DNA of 64,000 bases from Narcine bancroftii (taxonomy: Eukaryota), in contig NC_091475.1 of assembly GCF_036971445.1 (NCBI RefSeq), positions 151,962,001-152,026,000 of the forward strand, written 5' to 3'. Below are positions 1 through 11,273 of the stretch, piece after piece. Both the position numbers and the translations under genes were made by a program. Each line of letters begins with the position of its first letter. Positions within the stretch are counted from its first letter, which is position 1. The notes beneath the pieces were generated by a model, which saw only the letters and a program-made list of their open reading frames with translations, ran no database searches and was not told the DNA's origin.

Positions 1-2098
1 CTATCTAGGCTACAGGAGGCAGGCCTTACCGTGAATGGAAACAAGTGCCAGTTCAGTGTGTCAGAAATGGACTTCATGGGACACAGACTTACACGGGAAG
101 GACTAAACCCTGCAGAGGCCAAGGTGAAAGCTAATGCAGAGGCACGTGCACCTCAGAACGCAACAGAGGTGAGGAGTATCCTGGGATTGGTCAATTTTTG
201 TGCAAAGTTCATTTCTAATTTCGCTACAGTGGCACAACCACTAAGGAAACTAACCAGGAAAGGTGTACCTTTTCATTTTGGATCTGAGCAGAAGAAAGCC
301 CAGTTGGTTTAGGAGCCGTGTTGGTCCAGATGCATGATGGAGAACCAAGAATCATTGCCTATGCCAGCAGATCATTATCAGATGTGGAAAGAAGATATTC
401 TCAGACAGAGAAAGAAGCACTCGGACTTGTATGGGCCTGTGAGAGGTTCCATGCATATTTATATGGCATTGAATTTGAACTCATCACAGATCATAAGCCA
501 TTAGAGGTGATCTATGCACCTAGATCCAAACCATGTGCCAGAATAGAGAGATGGGTACTCAGACTACAACCCTACAAATATAAAGTAATCCACATTGCAG
601 GGAAAACAAACATTGCAGATCCGCTGTCCAGGTTGGTGAAGGATGGTGCTCCACAATTCAAGTCAGAATTGGGAACAGAAACCGAGAGCTTTGTACGCTT
701 CATAGCTATTCAGTCGACACCGAAAGCTGTGACTATGAAGGAAGTCGAGAGAGAATCCGAACGTGATCCAGAACTCATGGAAGTAAGAGAATGCATACAG
801 AGTGGACAATGGGACAAGTGTACTCACAAGGCTTACATTCCCATTAGAGACGAACTTTGTTGCATCGACAGTGTGTATTGAGAGGTTGTAGATTGGTGAT
901 ACGGCAAAGATTGAGACCGAAGATCGTATCCTTAGCGCATGAAGGACACCTAGGTATTGTTGGTACCAAGCAAAACCTCAGGACCAAGGTACGGTGGCCA
1001 GGTTGTGATAAAGACGCAGAGAGATTTGTTAAAACTTGTCACGGATGTCAAATCACAAGTAGGAGTAATCCGCCAGAACCGATCCGGAGTACGCAACTCC
1101 CGACAGGACCATGGATCGATGTAGCTGTTGATTTTCTTGGACCTTTACTGACGGGAAAATCAATTATGGTAGTGATAGATTACTACAGCAGATACTATGA
1201 GTACGTGGTGTTGAAGTCCACAACCACTGAAAAAACAATACAAGCATTAGCAGAGATATTCGCAAGATATGGATTACCTGTTACATTATACTCTGACAAT
1301 GGTCCACAATTAATTTCAGACATTTGCGGAATACATGAGGACCACAGGTATCCACCATCATAAAGTAACTCCGAAATGACCGCAAGCCAACGGGGAAGTA
1401 GAGAGACAAATTCAGTCCATTGAAAAATGATTGAGGATTGCACACGCAGAAGGACAAAATTGGCGAGAAGCATTGCTATCTTATGTGGCTGTCTATCGAG
1501 CAACGCCTCATGCAACCACTGGAAAAAGTCCTGCAGAAGCATTTTTTGGGTGAAAAATCCGCACAAAAATACCAGAAATAAAGGAAATCCGAGACGACCA
1601 GGAGATGAGGGACCACGATGCTGAAAAGGTGCAGCAAAGCTGTACACAGATTCGAAACGTGGAGCCAAGTACTCAGACATCATGCCAGGAGATAATGTTC
1701 TAGTGAGGCATGAAACTGGTTGTAAGCTAGACACACCTTATTACCATCAACCCTATACTGTCGTATCCAGAAGTGGCAGAATGGTGACAGTCAAGTCTCC
1801 GACAGGAGTCCTGTATAAGAGAAATGTATCAGGTGTAAAAAGGTACCAGTCCAGAGATACATCGAGCGAAGAGGTTGAAATGCCAATACGAGATGCTGAA
1901 ACTGAGAGACCTGATGATGTTCCAGAGGCAGTTACCAGCACTCCTGATGAAGTGACTAGAGCGCCAGAAACACCCGAAGCCGTGGCGAGCAGTATTTCCA
2001 ACGCTGAGAGTGAACAACCGAGAAGCGACGACAATATCACAGGCAGGCTGAAACGAAACCGGAAAGTGCCCAAACGATACGAAGACTTTGTGCCATAA
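1..2098 (+). pseudogene. pol: Disrupted pol (RT end-RNase H-integrase) of Gypsy copy A
   Basis: Split into ORFs 31-312, 318-881, 857-1363 and 1682-2098 by frameshifts and stops. A deletion near 300 relative to copy B removes FTALKQSLTDAKTLGYYDP... Confidence 0.93.
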
Positions 2099-2266
2099 TT
2101 TTAATAAGAACTTTGGGACAGTATTTTAATCTTGTATCATAAAGTGCATGTATGAGTGCTGCAGGAAGTAAATTTTATGAGATTGAGTTATAGTATTACC
2201 ATTAGTTACGATGTTTGTATGTTTCCGAGGGATATTGGTAAGTGAAGGTAAAGTTTATTTCTGATT

Positions 2267-2276
2267 AAAGGAGGGA
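2267..2276 (+). other. Polypurine tract of Gypsy copy A
   Basis: AAAGGAGGGA immediately before the LTR start TGTCA at 2277. Confidence 0.9.
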
Positions 2277-2455
2277 TGTCATGATAATGAATATGTATGA
2301 GATGTACTGGAAGTCACGTGGTATGAGAGAGAGAGAGATAAGAACACAAGCAGGAGAACAAAGGAAACGGGAGAATAAAGCCACTGAGAAGTTTACCTGA
2401 TAAAATTTGTGTTTAATGTTTTATTAACTTCACATTTCGGGCCACAAATGTGACA
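2277..2455 (+). repeat. 3' LTR of Gypsy copy A (179 bp)
   Basis: TGTCA...TGACA termini, AATAAA, (GA)n tract; matches the reverse complement of 6071-6245 and 10621-10795. Confidence 0.95.
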
Positions 2456-3850
2456 CAGCACAATTAAGGTATTTATCAGATTGTTACCAGATAAGGGATA
2501 AACCAGACTGGACTAAGATAGAACTAGATAAAATAGGGGAGAAGGTTCCAGAACAAATACTTTATAAATGGGATGAAAAGCTGGTGCAATATAAAAGCTC
2601 ACCAGTATTGCATCATTTACTTAATATATAGAAGATCCACTTAGAAAGGAAAAAAATGAATACCAAATACCATAATTGTTGTTGACACAAAACCCACTAA
2701 TCCCTTTTACAATAGATAACCTTTCCTTTAGAATGGGAGAGAAGGAATCAAACGAATAGAAAATTGTTTTTTGGGTAATTATTTATTAACATTTGAACAG
2801 TTGAAGTACAAATATGGAAAACTCATGGTACAATGTTTGCATATCAACTGAAAGTTTATTTAAAGGATAAATTGGGAAACAGACTGAGATTACCAGAAGG
2901 AAGCAGCTTTGAATGTGACTACAGACACAATGATAATTAAAAGATTTATAATGAACATGTTCGTTTAGCTGCAAGATAAGGAAAATGATGAAATAAGCTA
3001 TAAACCCAAACAAAAGTGGGAAAAAGATTTAAACAAAGATAAAAAATGAAACATGGGAAAAGTTGTATTCTGGAACTATGAAGAATTCAATAAACACAAG
3101 GTTACACATGATACAGTATAATTGGTTATCACGCCCCAAAAGTTTTTATTTTAAAATGGAATTCAACGTTATCAGATAGATGTTTTTGCTGTAAGAAGGA
3201 AATGGGAACAACAGTACATCCAATTTGGGCATGTAAGAAAGTGGAAATGTTTTGGAAATATCTACATCAGATATTAAATAAAATCACAAAAATTAACATA
3301 CCAAAAAATCCAGAGATCTTTCTTCTAAGTAATATACGTAATAAGGAATTGGGCCTCAAATTGGATAAAGCGCAAAAAATATTTATTATGATAGCCTTAG
3401 CAGTAGCAAAAAAAATGATAATGTCAACTTGGAAATCAGAAGAGAGCCTGAGAGTACAGCAATGATACATGGAAATGAATAAATGTATTCCATTGGAAAA
3501 AGTAATATTTAATTTAAAATAAAGTCGCATTATTTGAACAAATTTGGGAGCCATACATGGAACATAAAAGAGAAGGCTTGCCTCAGACCTCCACCCGCCA
3601 AAATGATGTTGAGACGAAATGACCTGATCCAGTATGTAAAAATAGATGACATTTTTCTTGTTTATTTTTCATTGTGTGATGACATTGTTTAAATGGTTTT
3701 ATTGTATATGTTGAATATTTATTAGTTTTGGAGGGGGGGGAAGGAGGGTAGGGGGAAAAAAGGGAGGAAATTCCACTGTATATTGAGATGTTTGTATATA
3801 TTTTGGTTGATATGGTTCACAGTGTGAAAAATTTTAAAAAAATTTAAAAA
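2456..3850 (+). mobile_element. L1-clade LINE, 3' part of ORF2 plus 3'UTR (host of Gypsy copy A)
   Basis: Begins mid-element right after the LTR (cagcacaattaagg, compare gccgcacaattaagat at 28073). C-terminal Cys region (MGTTVHPIWACKKV), G-rich 3'UTR and A-rich tail. Same family as 11274-13792 and 26360-29505. Confidence 0.92.
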
Positions 3851-3854
3851 TCCC

Positions 3855-4090
3855 AACCTCAGACCTCCATCTCCTAAAGTGATGTGAATACAAGCACAAG
3901 ATTTAAATATGTAAAAGTGGACGACTCTACTTTTTGTTATTTCTTTTTTTATTGGTTTTTGAAGGGGGAAGGGATAAAAGAGGAGAAAAAAGAAAAAGTC
4001 ACTGTGTATATATTAATGATGAACATTTGTGAATATTGTTATTGAAATGATTCATGGTGCAAGAAATTTTTTTTTAAATGAAAAAAAATA
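3855..4090 (+). mobile_element. Older L1 3'UTR fragment directly behind the L1 tail
   Basis: CCTCAGACCTCCA repeats the motif at 3581, followed by a diverged G-rich tract, cactgtgtata and an A-tail. Confidence 0.7.
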
Positions 4091-4094
4091 ACAT

Positions 4095-4240
4095 TGAAGA
4101 ATTTGGACAGATGCATGGATGGGAGAGGTTATGGAGGTCTATGGGCTGGGTGCAGGGCAGTGGAACTAGGCAAACAAAATTTGTTTGGCACAGACTAGAA
4201 TGGCTAAAGGGGTCTGTTTCTGTGCTGCAATGTGACTTCT
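4095..4240 (+). mobile_element. CR1 LINE 3' end fragment
   Basis: ttggacagatgcatggatgggagaggttatggagg...aggggtctgtttctgtgctg resembles elasmobranch CR1 3' ends. Confidence 0.65.
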
Positions 4241-4339
4241 GGTTCTTTCTTAGATGGCCAACTAGTTCCCCTCACCAACACACCAACTCACCTGGTTGAA
4301 CTCTTCTCGCAATTGAACATTTTCTCCAATTCCACTCAC

Positions 4340-4660
4340 TGTCTCCAGATCATTGTTATAACTATGGACACTCGTGGGTGCAAGCTGTGACATTTTTGTG
4401 AGATGCATGTAATAGCCTTTCAGTCCTTCTTGAGCCAACTTTGCAAACTTCTTCTAGAGTATTGATGGTTGAATTGTTGTTGCTTCCTGCACTTGTACTA
4501 AACTCAATGAATTTTCTGCTAATTTACATTCCACTCTCACTTTAGTCCATCTGACTCTTTTCATGAAAATCTTTTCCACAATCTCTGTATAAGCTGGCTG
4601 TAAATAACTAAGGCAAGCCTACAGAATTCCCAATGGAAACTTGACTATTTCTCCTCGCAT
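4340..4660 (+). mobile_element. Penelope-like element, degraded RT part (left half)
   Basis: Degenerate MGTRxG, KPTxS and LDYxSSH motifs (aagcctacagaattccc, ttgactatttctcctcgcat). Continues at about 15031. Confidence 0.6.
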
Positions 4661-4755
4661 ACCACGAAGTATTTCCTATGCCATAGGTGCTCTGTGATTA
4701 GTAAAGAATTGATTCAGGTGGTATGTGGGTGGAAAGAATATTTGAAAACCACAAC
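4655..4755 (+). mobile_element. Short non-autonomous DNA transposon (MITE, hAT-like) fragment
   Basis: Quasi-palindromic core cctatgccatagg and a TIR-like end tttgaaaaccac. Exact 22-bp inverted match to 14964-14985. Confidence 0.6.
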
Positions 4756-4759
4756 TGTA

Positions 4760-6070
4760 ACATAGAAAATAGTTGCAGAAGTAGGCCATTTGGCCCCTCA
4801 ACCCTACACTGCCATTGAATATAATCATGGCTGATCAGTACCTGGTTCCTACCTTCTCCCCATACCCCTGATCCCCTTAGCCACAAGGGCCAAATCTAAC
4901 TCCTTTTTAAATATTGACAAGCAACCAGCCTCAACTACTTCCTGTGGCAAAGAACTCCACAGATCCACCACTCTCTGAGAGAAGAAATATTTCCTCATCT
5001 CAGTCCTAAAAAAAAAACTTCCCCCTTATCCTGGTTCTAGTTGTTCCCAGCATTGGAAACAACCTTCCTATCTCTAGTCTGTCTAAACCCTTAAGAATTT
5101 TGTTTCTATATGATTTCCCCCTTCAATCTTCTAAATTCCAAAGAAGACAAGCCTCTATACAAAGGTCTGTCCAATCTTTCATATGCAAGTCCTTCCACCC
5201 CTGGTATCAGTCTAGTGAACCTTCTCTGCACCCCCTCCATGGCGAGAATGACCTTCTTCAGATAAGGAGACCAAAACTGCACGCAGTACTCCAGGTGTAG
5301 TCTCACCAAGACCCTGTACGGCTGCAGCAGGATCTCCCTACTCCTGTACTGAAATCCTCTAGCTATGAACGCCAACATAGCATGCACCCTCCTCGCTGCC
5401 TGTATGCCCACTTTCAATGACTGGTGCACAGCAACACCCAAGTCTTTCTACATCTCCCCTTTTCTAAACAGATACCATTTGGAGACTTTGCCTCAAAAGT
5501 GGAGGACCTTGCATTTTTCCCACATTATATTGCATCTGCCACATCTTAGCCCACTCACCTAACTTGTCCAAATCACTCTGCACCCTCCTAGCATCCTCAA
5601 CACACCCAACCCCACTACCCAACTTTGTGTTGTCTGCATATTTTGAGATATTGCTATCTATTCCCACATACAAGTCATTGATATACAGGTATATTGTAAA
5701 CGACTGTGCCCCAGCACGGAGCCTTGCGGTACCCCACTAGTTACTGGCTGCCATTCTGAAAAGAACCCATTTATACCTACTCTTTGCTTCCTGTCCATCA
5801 ACCAATTCTCTACCAACCTTAATACCATACCTCCTATACCATGCTTTTTAAGTTTGTATACTAGTCTTCTGTGCAGAACCTTGTCAAATTCCTTAAAGTC
5901 CAGATATACCACATCCACTGGTTTCCCACTATCCACAGAGGTTACATCCTCAAAACTCTTAGATTCGACGGACATGATTTTCCCTTCACAAAACCATACC
6001 GACTGATTGAGACCACTACTTTCCAAATATACTGCGATTGCATCTTTAATAACTGATTCTAGCACCTTCC
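4760..6070 (-). mobile_element. CR1 LINE, 3' segment (RT C-terminus and 3'UTR)
   Basis: DVVYLDFKEFDKVLH, SGVPQGSVLG, KYADNTKLG, LVRLHLEYCVQFWSPY, and a CR1 3' end near 4760. Confidence 0.93.
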
Positions 6071-6245
6071 TGTCACATTTGTGGCCCGAAATGTGGTTAA
6101 TAAAACATTAAACACAAGTTTATCAGGTAAACTTCTCTGTGGCTTTTATTCTCCCGTTTCCTTTGTTCTCCTGCTTGTGTTCTTATCTCTCTCTCTCATA
6201 CCACGTGACTTCCAGTACATCTCATACATATTCATTATCATGACA
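6071..6245 (-). repeat. 3' LTR of Gypsy copy B
   Basis: TG...CA termini; PPT (tccctccttt on +, 6246-6255) adjacent. Confidence 0.96.
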
Positions 6246-6425
6246 TCCCTCCTTTAATCAGAAATAAACTTTACCTTCACTTACCAATATCCCTCGGAAA
6301 CATACAAACATCGTAACTAATGGTAATACTATAACTCAACTACATAAAGTTTACTTCCTACTGCACTCATACATACACTTTATGATACAAGATTAAAATA
6401 CTGTCCCAAAGTTCTTATTAAAACT

Positions 6426-9420
6426 ATGGCACAAAGTCTTTGTATCGTTTGGGCGGTTTCGTTTCGGCCTGCCTGCGATATTGTCGTCGCTTCTCGGTTG
6501 TTCACTCTCGGCGTCGGACATACTGCTCGCCACGGCTTCGGGTGTTTCTGGCGCTCTAGTCACTTCATCAGGAGTGCTGGTAACTGCCTCTGGAACATCA
6601 TCAGGTCTCTCAGTTTCAGCATCTCTTATTGGCCTTTCAACTTCTTCGCTCTGCACTGGTACCTTTTTACACCTGATACATTTCTCTTACACAGGACTCC
6701 AGTCGGAGACTTGACTGTCACCATACTGCCACTTCTGGATACGACAGTATAGGGTTGATGGTAATAAGGTGTGTCTAGCTTACCACCTGTTTCATGCGTC
6801 ACTAGAACATTATCTCCTGGCATGATGTCTGAGTACTTGGCTCCACGTTTCGAATCTGTGTACAGCTTTGCTGCACCTTTCTTTTCAGCATCGTGGTCCC
6901 TCATCTCCTGGTCGTCTCGGATTTCCTTTATTTCTGGCATTTTTGTGCAGATTTTTCTTCCAAAAAATGCTTCTGCAGGACTTTTTCCAGTGGTTGCATG
7001 AGTCGTTGCTCGATAGACAGCCACATAAGATAGCAATGCTTCTCGCCAATTTTGTCCTTCTGCGTGTGCAATCCTCAATCGTTTTTCAATGGACTGATTT
7101 TGTCTCTCTACTTCTCCATTGGCTTGCAGCCATTTCGGAGTTACATTATGATGGTGGATACCTGTGGTCCTCAGGTATTCCGCAAATGTCTCTGAAATTA
7201 ATTGTGGACCATTGTCAGAGTATAATGTAACAGGTAATCCATATCTTGCGAATATCTCTGCTAACGCTTGTATTGTTTTTTCAGTGGTTGTGGACTTCAA
7301 CACCACATACTCATAGTATCTGCTGTAGTAATCTATCACTACCATAATTGATTCACCCGCCGGTAAAGGTCCAAGAAAATCAACAGCTATGTCGATCCAT
7401 GGTCCTGTCGGAAGTTGCATACTCCGGATCGGTTCTGGCGGATTACTCCTACTTGTGATTTGACATCCGTGACAAGTTTTAACAAATTTCTCTGCGTCCT
7501 TATCACAACTTGGCCACCATACCTTGGTCCTGAGGTTTTGCTTGGTACCAACAATGCCTAGGTGTCCTTCATGCGCTAAGGATACGATCTTCGGTCTCAA
7601 TCTTTGTGGTATCACCAATCTGCAACCTCTTAATACACACTGTCCAATGCAACAAAGTTCGTCTCTAATGGGAATGTAAGCCTTGTGAGTACACTTGTCC
7701 CATTGTCCACTCTGTATGCGTTCTCTTACTTCCCTGAGTTCTGGATCACGTTCGGATTCTCTCTCGACTTCCTTCGTAGTCACAGCTTTCGGTGTCGACT
7801 GAATAGCTACGAAGCGTACAAAGCTCTCTGTTTCTGTTCCCAATTCTGACTTGGATTGTGGACCACCAACCTTCACCAATCTGGACAGCGGATCAGCAAT
7901 GTTTGTTTTCCCTGCAATGTGGATTACTTTATATTTGTAGGGTTGTAGTCTGAGTACCCATCTCTCTATTCTGGCACATGGTTTGGATCTAGGTGCATAG
8001 ATCACCTCTAATGGCTTATGATCTGTGATGAGTTCAAATTCAATGCCGTATAAATATGCATGGAACCTCTCACAGGCCCATACAAGTCCGAGTGCTTCTT
8101 TCTCTGTCTGAGAGTATCTTTTTTCCCACATCTGATAACGATCTGCTGGCATAGGCAATGATTCTTGGTCCTCCATGCATCTGGACCAATACGGCTCCTA
8201 AACCAACCAGGATGGCATCCGCTATGACTTTGGTTGATGCCGCCGGATCGTAATATCCAAGAGTTTTTGCATCAGTCAGGCTTTGCTTCAGCGCTGTGAA
8301 CGCTTTCTTCTGCTCAGATCCAAAATGAAATGGTACACCTTTCCTGGTTAGTTTCCTTAGTGGTTGTGCCACTGTAGCGAAATTAGGAATGAACTTTGCA
8401 CAAAAATTGACCAATCCCAGGAAACTCCTCACCTCTGTTGCGTTCTGAGGTGCACGTGCCTCTGCAATAGCTTTCACCTTGGCCTCTGCAGGGTTTAGTC
8501 CTTCCCGTGTAAGTCTGTGTCCCATGAAGTCCATTTCTGACACACCGAACTGGCACTTGTTTCCATTCACGGTAAGGCCTGCCTCCTGTAGTCTAGATAG
8601 TACACGCCTCAACCATTTGTCATGCTCTTCCTTCGTTGGTGCATGGACTATGATGTCATCAGAAATGTTGGCAACTCCAGGAATGCCTTGAATCACTCGA
8701 TGGATTTCAGACTGGTAGATCTCCGAAGCTGCATTAATTCCAAATGATAGTCTCTTGTAACGATACAATCCACAGTGAGACACAAATGTAGTTACATCTC
8801 GGGAACCTGGATCCAGCTCTAATTGATGATAGCCCCACTTCAGATCAATTTTTGAGAATACCTTGCTGGTAGTTAGTTCTTGAAGTATTTCTTCCACTGT
8901 TGGTATAGGGTGTCGTTCTCGAACTATAGCTTCATTGGCCATTCTCATGTCAACACATAGTCTTATGTCACCCTTTGGTTTGGGCACAATCACTACGGGA
9001 CTGACCCATTGTGTCGAATGTTCCACCGGTTCAATAATGTCTTGTTCGATCAATTCTTTAATTTTGGCTTCGACTTTCCCACAAAGTCCAAACGTAGTTC
9101 GGCGCATTGGTTGTGCCTTAGGTTTGACCGTTTCATCGACCGCTAGCTTCAATTGTCGTCCTTTCAGCTTTCCTACTCCTTGGAAGACTGCGGGGAATTC
9201 TTGCTTCATATCCTCGTATGATTGAATTGACACAAGCTCCAATATGAAGTATTGCCAGGTCTTGCGCTGTGCTTCTACTCAGCAATGGTTCTCCCCTCTC
9301 TTCTATGACCATAAACTCTGTTTCAGTGTACTTATCTCCAGCTTCAACAGTTGCAGTAAAACATCCAATGGTCTGCAATGGCTTGGTTGCTGTGTATGGA
9401 TACAGTTTCTTGGAACACTG
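6426..9420 (-). pseudogene. pol: Frameshifted pol (PR end-RT-RNase H-integrase) of Gypsy copy B
   Basis: ORFs 9133-9378, 8070-9242 (WVSPVVIVPK, RLCVDMR, KIDLKWGYHQ, NISDD), 6626-8176 (RNase H, HHCC, D-D-E integrase) and 6393-6656, separated by small frameshifts. Confidence 0.95.
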
Positions 9421-10492
9421 AGGTACAGATGATCTTTTTCCTTTTCAACTTCTCCCATAAATGTCGATCAATCACATTACTGTCACTGACTGAGTCTACA
9501 ATGACCTGAACTGTCACTCCACCAATGATCACTGGGACCTTCTCATGATGTACTTCATTCAACGTAAATTGGTAACAACTCTGTTCCTCCTGGGTATCAT
9601 CATCGTCACCGTCTATCTGGCGAATGGTATCTTTCTTTCCAGGATACTTTACTTTCCCCCAGGCTTTGCGTTTGGAAGTTGTACTCTTCCTCTTCTGGTC
9701 TGCATTGGACTTGCTTTTGCACTTCTTTGCAAAGTGGTCCTTACCTCCACACTTTCTGCAAACTTTGCCTTTGGCTGGGCAATATGGGTCTTTTCCAAAG
9801 TGACCTCGGTTTCCACATCGATAACACTCCACGTCCTGTGTCGACGCATATCTTGGCTGATTAGGGCGATGTGAGAGCCTCTTAATTTGTTGGCTTGAGT
9901 TGTCTTTCAGGGTCATGGTATGAAATTGCCCTTCAACAGCCTCTAATGCTGCAGCAATGGTTAAAGCATCGGTGAGTTCCAACTCACTCCCTCTTTCCAG
10001 TAGATGTCTTCTGAGTTTATCTGATCTGCAGTGCTGTACGACTTGATCCAATAATTGGTTGTCCAAATCAGCTGGCATGTAATTGCATCCAACAGCTAGC
10101 TGGCGTAGTCTCGTCACGTACTGAGCAATTGTCTGGCCATCTTCTCGTCTCGTACTCCGAAACAAATGGCGTTGAAATGTAGTATTCGGTGTCACTACAT
10201 AGTGTGCATTTAATGCATCTACCGCTTTCCGGTACTCATTCTTTCTTCCAGTATTCAAAAGTGTCTTAACTGTTTCCAGAACTGAGGATCCTGCAGTGAA
10301 AAGAAGTAACGCCCTTCTCTGCGCTTTTTGTTTAACCGTACCGGTATCTAGAAATAGGCCACGACTGTCGGCATAGGATTCAAATTCTTCCAGCCATGCC
10401 TTCCACTTCAGACTTACAGTGCTTGCATCACCCGTTGGGTCAAAATGAGCAATTCCACTATGTGTTAGAAAGTCACCGTCTGCACCAGCCAT
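9344..10492 (-). pseudogene. gag: gag-protease of Gypsy copy B
   Basis: ATG at 10492 (MAGADGDF...). Two CCHC knuckles (CYRCGNRGHFGKDPYC, CRKCGGKDHFAKKC) and protease motif VIVDSVSDSNVI (DSG changed to DSV). Frameshift near 9420. Confidence 0.92.
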
Positions 10493-10605
10493 GAGGAAAT
10501 ATTCCAACCCCAAAAGTACTGAGACACAGAAAATTCTTATCACCTTGAAGTTGTCTGTAATCCTCTGTAATCTTGTTTAGTCTTTAATTTTCTTCAAGCT
10601 TCTTT

Positions 10606-10619
10606 CATCCTCGTCGCCA
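10606..10619 (-). other. Primer binding site, tRNA-Ser(GCU) type
   Basis: TGGCGACGAGGATG 1 nt inside the 5' LTR, complementary to the 3' end ...CAUCCUCGUCGCCA of vertebrate tRNA-Ser(GCU). Confidence 0.85.
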
Positions 10620-10620
10620 A

Positions 10621-10795
10621 TGTCACATTTGTGGCCCGAAATGTGAAGTTAATAAAACATTAAACACAAGTTTATCAGGTAAACTTCTCTGTGGCTTTTA
10701 TTCTCCCGTTTCTTTTGTTCTCCTGCTTGTGTTCTTATCTCTCTCTCATACCATGTGACTTCCGGTACATCTCATACATATTCATTATCATGACA
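10621..10795 (-). repeat. 5' LTR of Gypsy copy B
   Basis: Differs from the 3' LTR by 3 substitutions and two 2-bp indels (visual alignment). Confidence 0.96.
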
Positions 10796-11273
10796 CTTCC
10801 CTATGACTGATGTCAGGCTAACTGTTCTGTAGTTTCCCTATTTCTCTCTCCCTTCTTAGAGTGAGGTTATGTTGGCCACCCTCCAATCCTCAGGAACTAA
10901 TCCAGTATCTATGGAGGCTTGAAAAGTGATCACTAATGCATCCACTATTTCCTGAGCTACTTTCTTCAGCACTCTTGGACGCAGACCATCTGGCACTGGG
11001 GATTTATCTGCCTTTAATCCCTACACTTTAACTAATACAATTATTTCCTTTATACCCTCTCTCACATTAGATCCCTGATCCTCAACAATTTCCTAAAGAT
11101 TAGTTATGTCTTGGTGAAGAGAGAACTAAAGTGATCATTCAGTCTGCCATACCCTTGTTCCCCATGATTAATTCACCCGTTTCTGTCCACAATGGACCCA
11201 CATTTGTCTTAACTAACCTTTCTCTTAGCTTATCAATAAAAGCTTTGTCATTTTTTTCATGTTCCCTGCCAGC
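10796..11273 (-). mobile_element. CR1 LINE, middle segment
   Basis: Continues the frame broken at 6070 (NYRTVSLTSV; KSPVPDGLRPRVLK). Confidence 0.9.

Larger units (their letters stand above)
1..2455 (+). mobile_element. Ty3/Gypsy LTR retrotransposon (Mag-like), copy A, 3' part (runs off window start)
   Basis: RT C-terminus (KCQFSVSEMDFMGH), RNase H (AYASRSL, YSQTEKEALG, TDHKPL, NIADPLSR) and integrase (HEGH..CHGC, VDFL, SDNG) in Gypsy order, then PPT and a TG...CA LTR. Near-identical to copy B. Confidence 0.97.
6071..10795 (-). mobile_element. Full-length Ty3/Gypsy LTR retrotransposon (Mag-like), copy B, 4725 bp
   Basis: Paired 175-bp LTRs, 5-bp TSD CTTCC (6066-6070 and 10796-10800), PBS, PPT, gag-PR-RT-RH-IN order. 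The flanks rejoin into the CR1 frame VSLTSVIGKVLESVIKD. Confidence 0.98.

Noticed and set aside
1195-2073. Antisense ORFs over the Gypsy pol (also 6426-7230 and 8479-9874)
   Set aside because: Shadow frames of retroelement coding sequence, no independent motifs.
6626-9242. Possible domesticated Gypsy gene or programmed frameshifts
   Set aside because: LTRs and TSD are intact, and the frameshifts differ between the two copies where they overlap, so they are random lesions.
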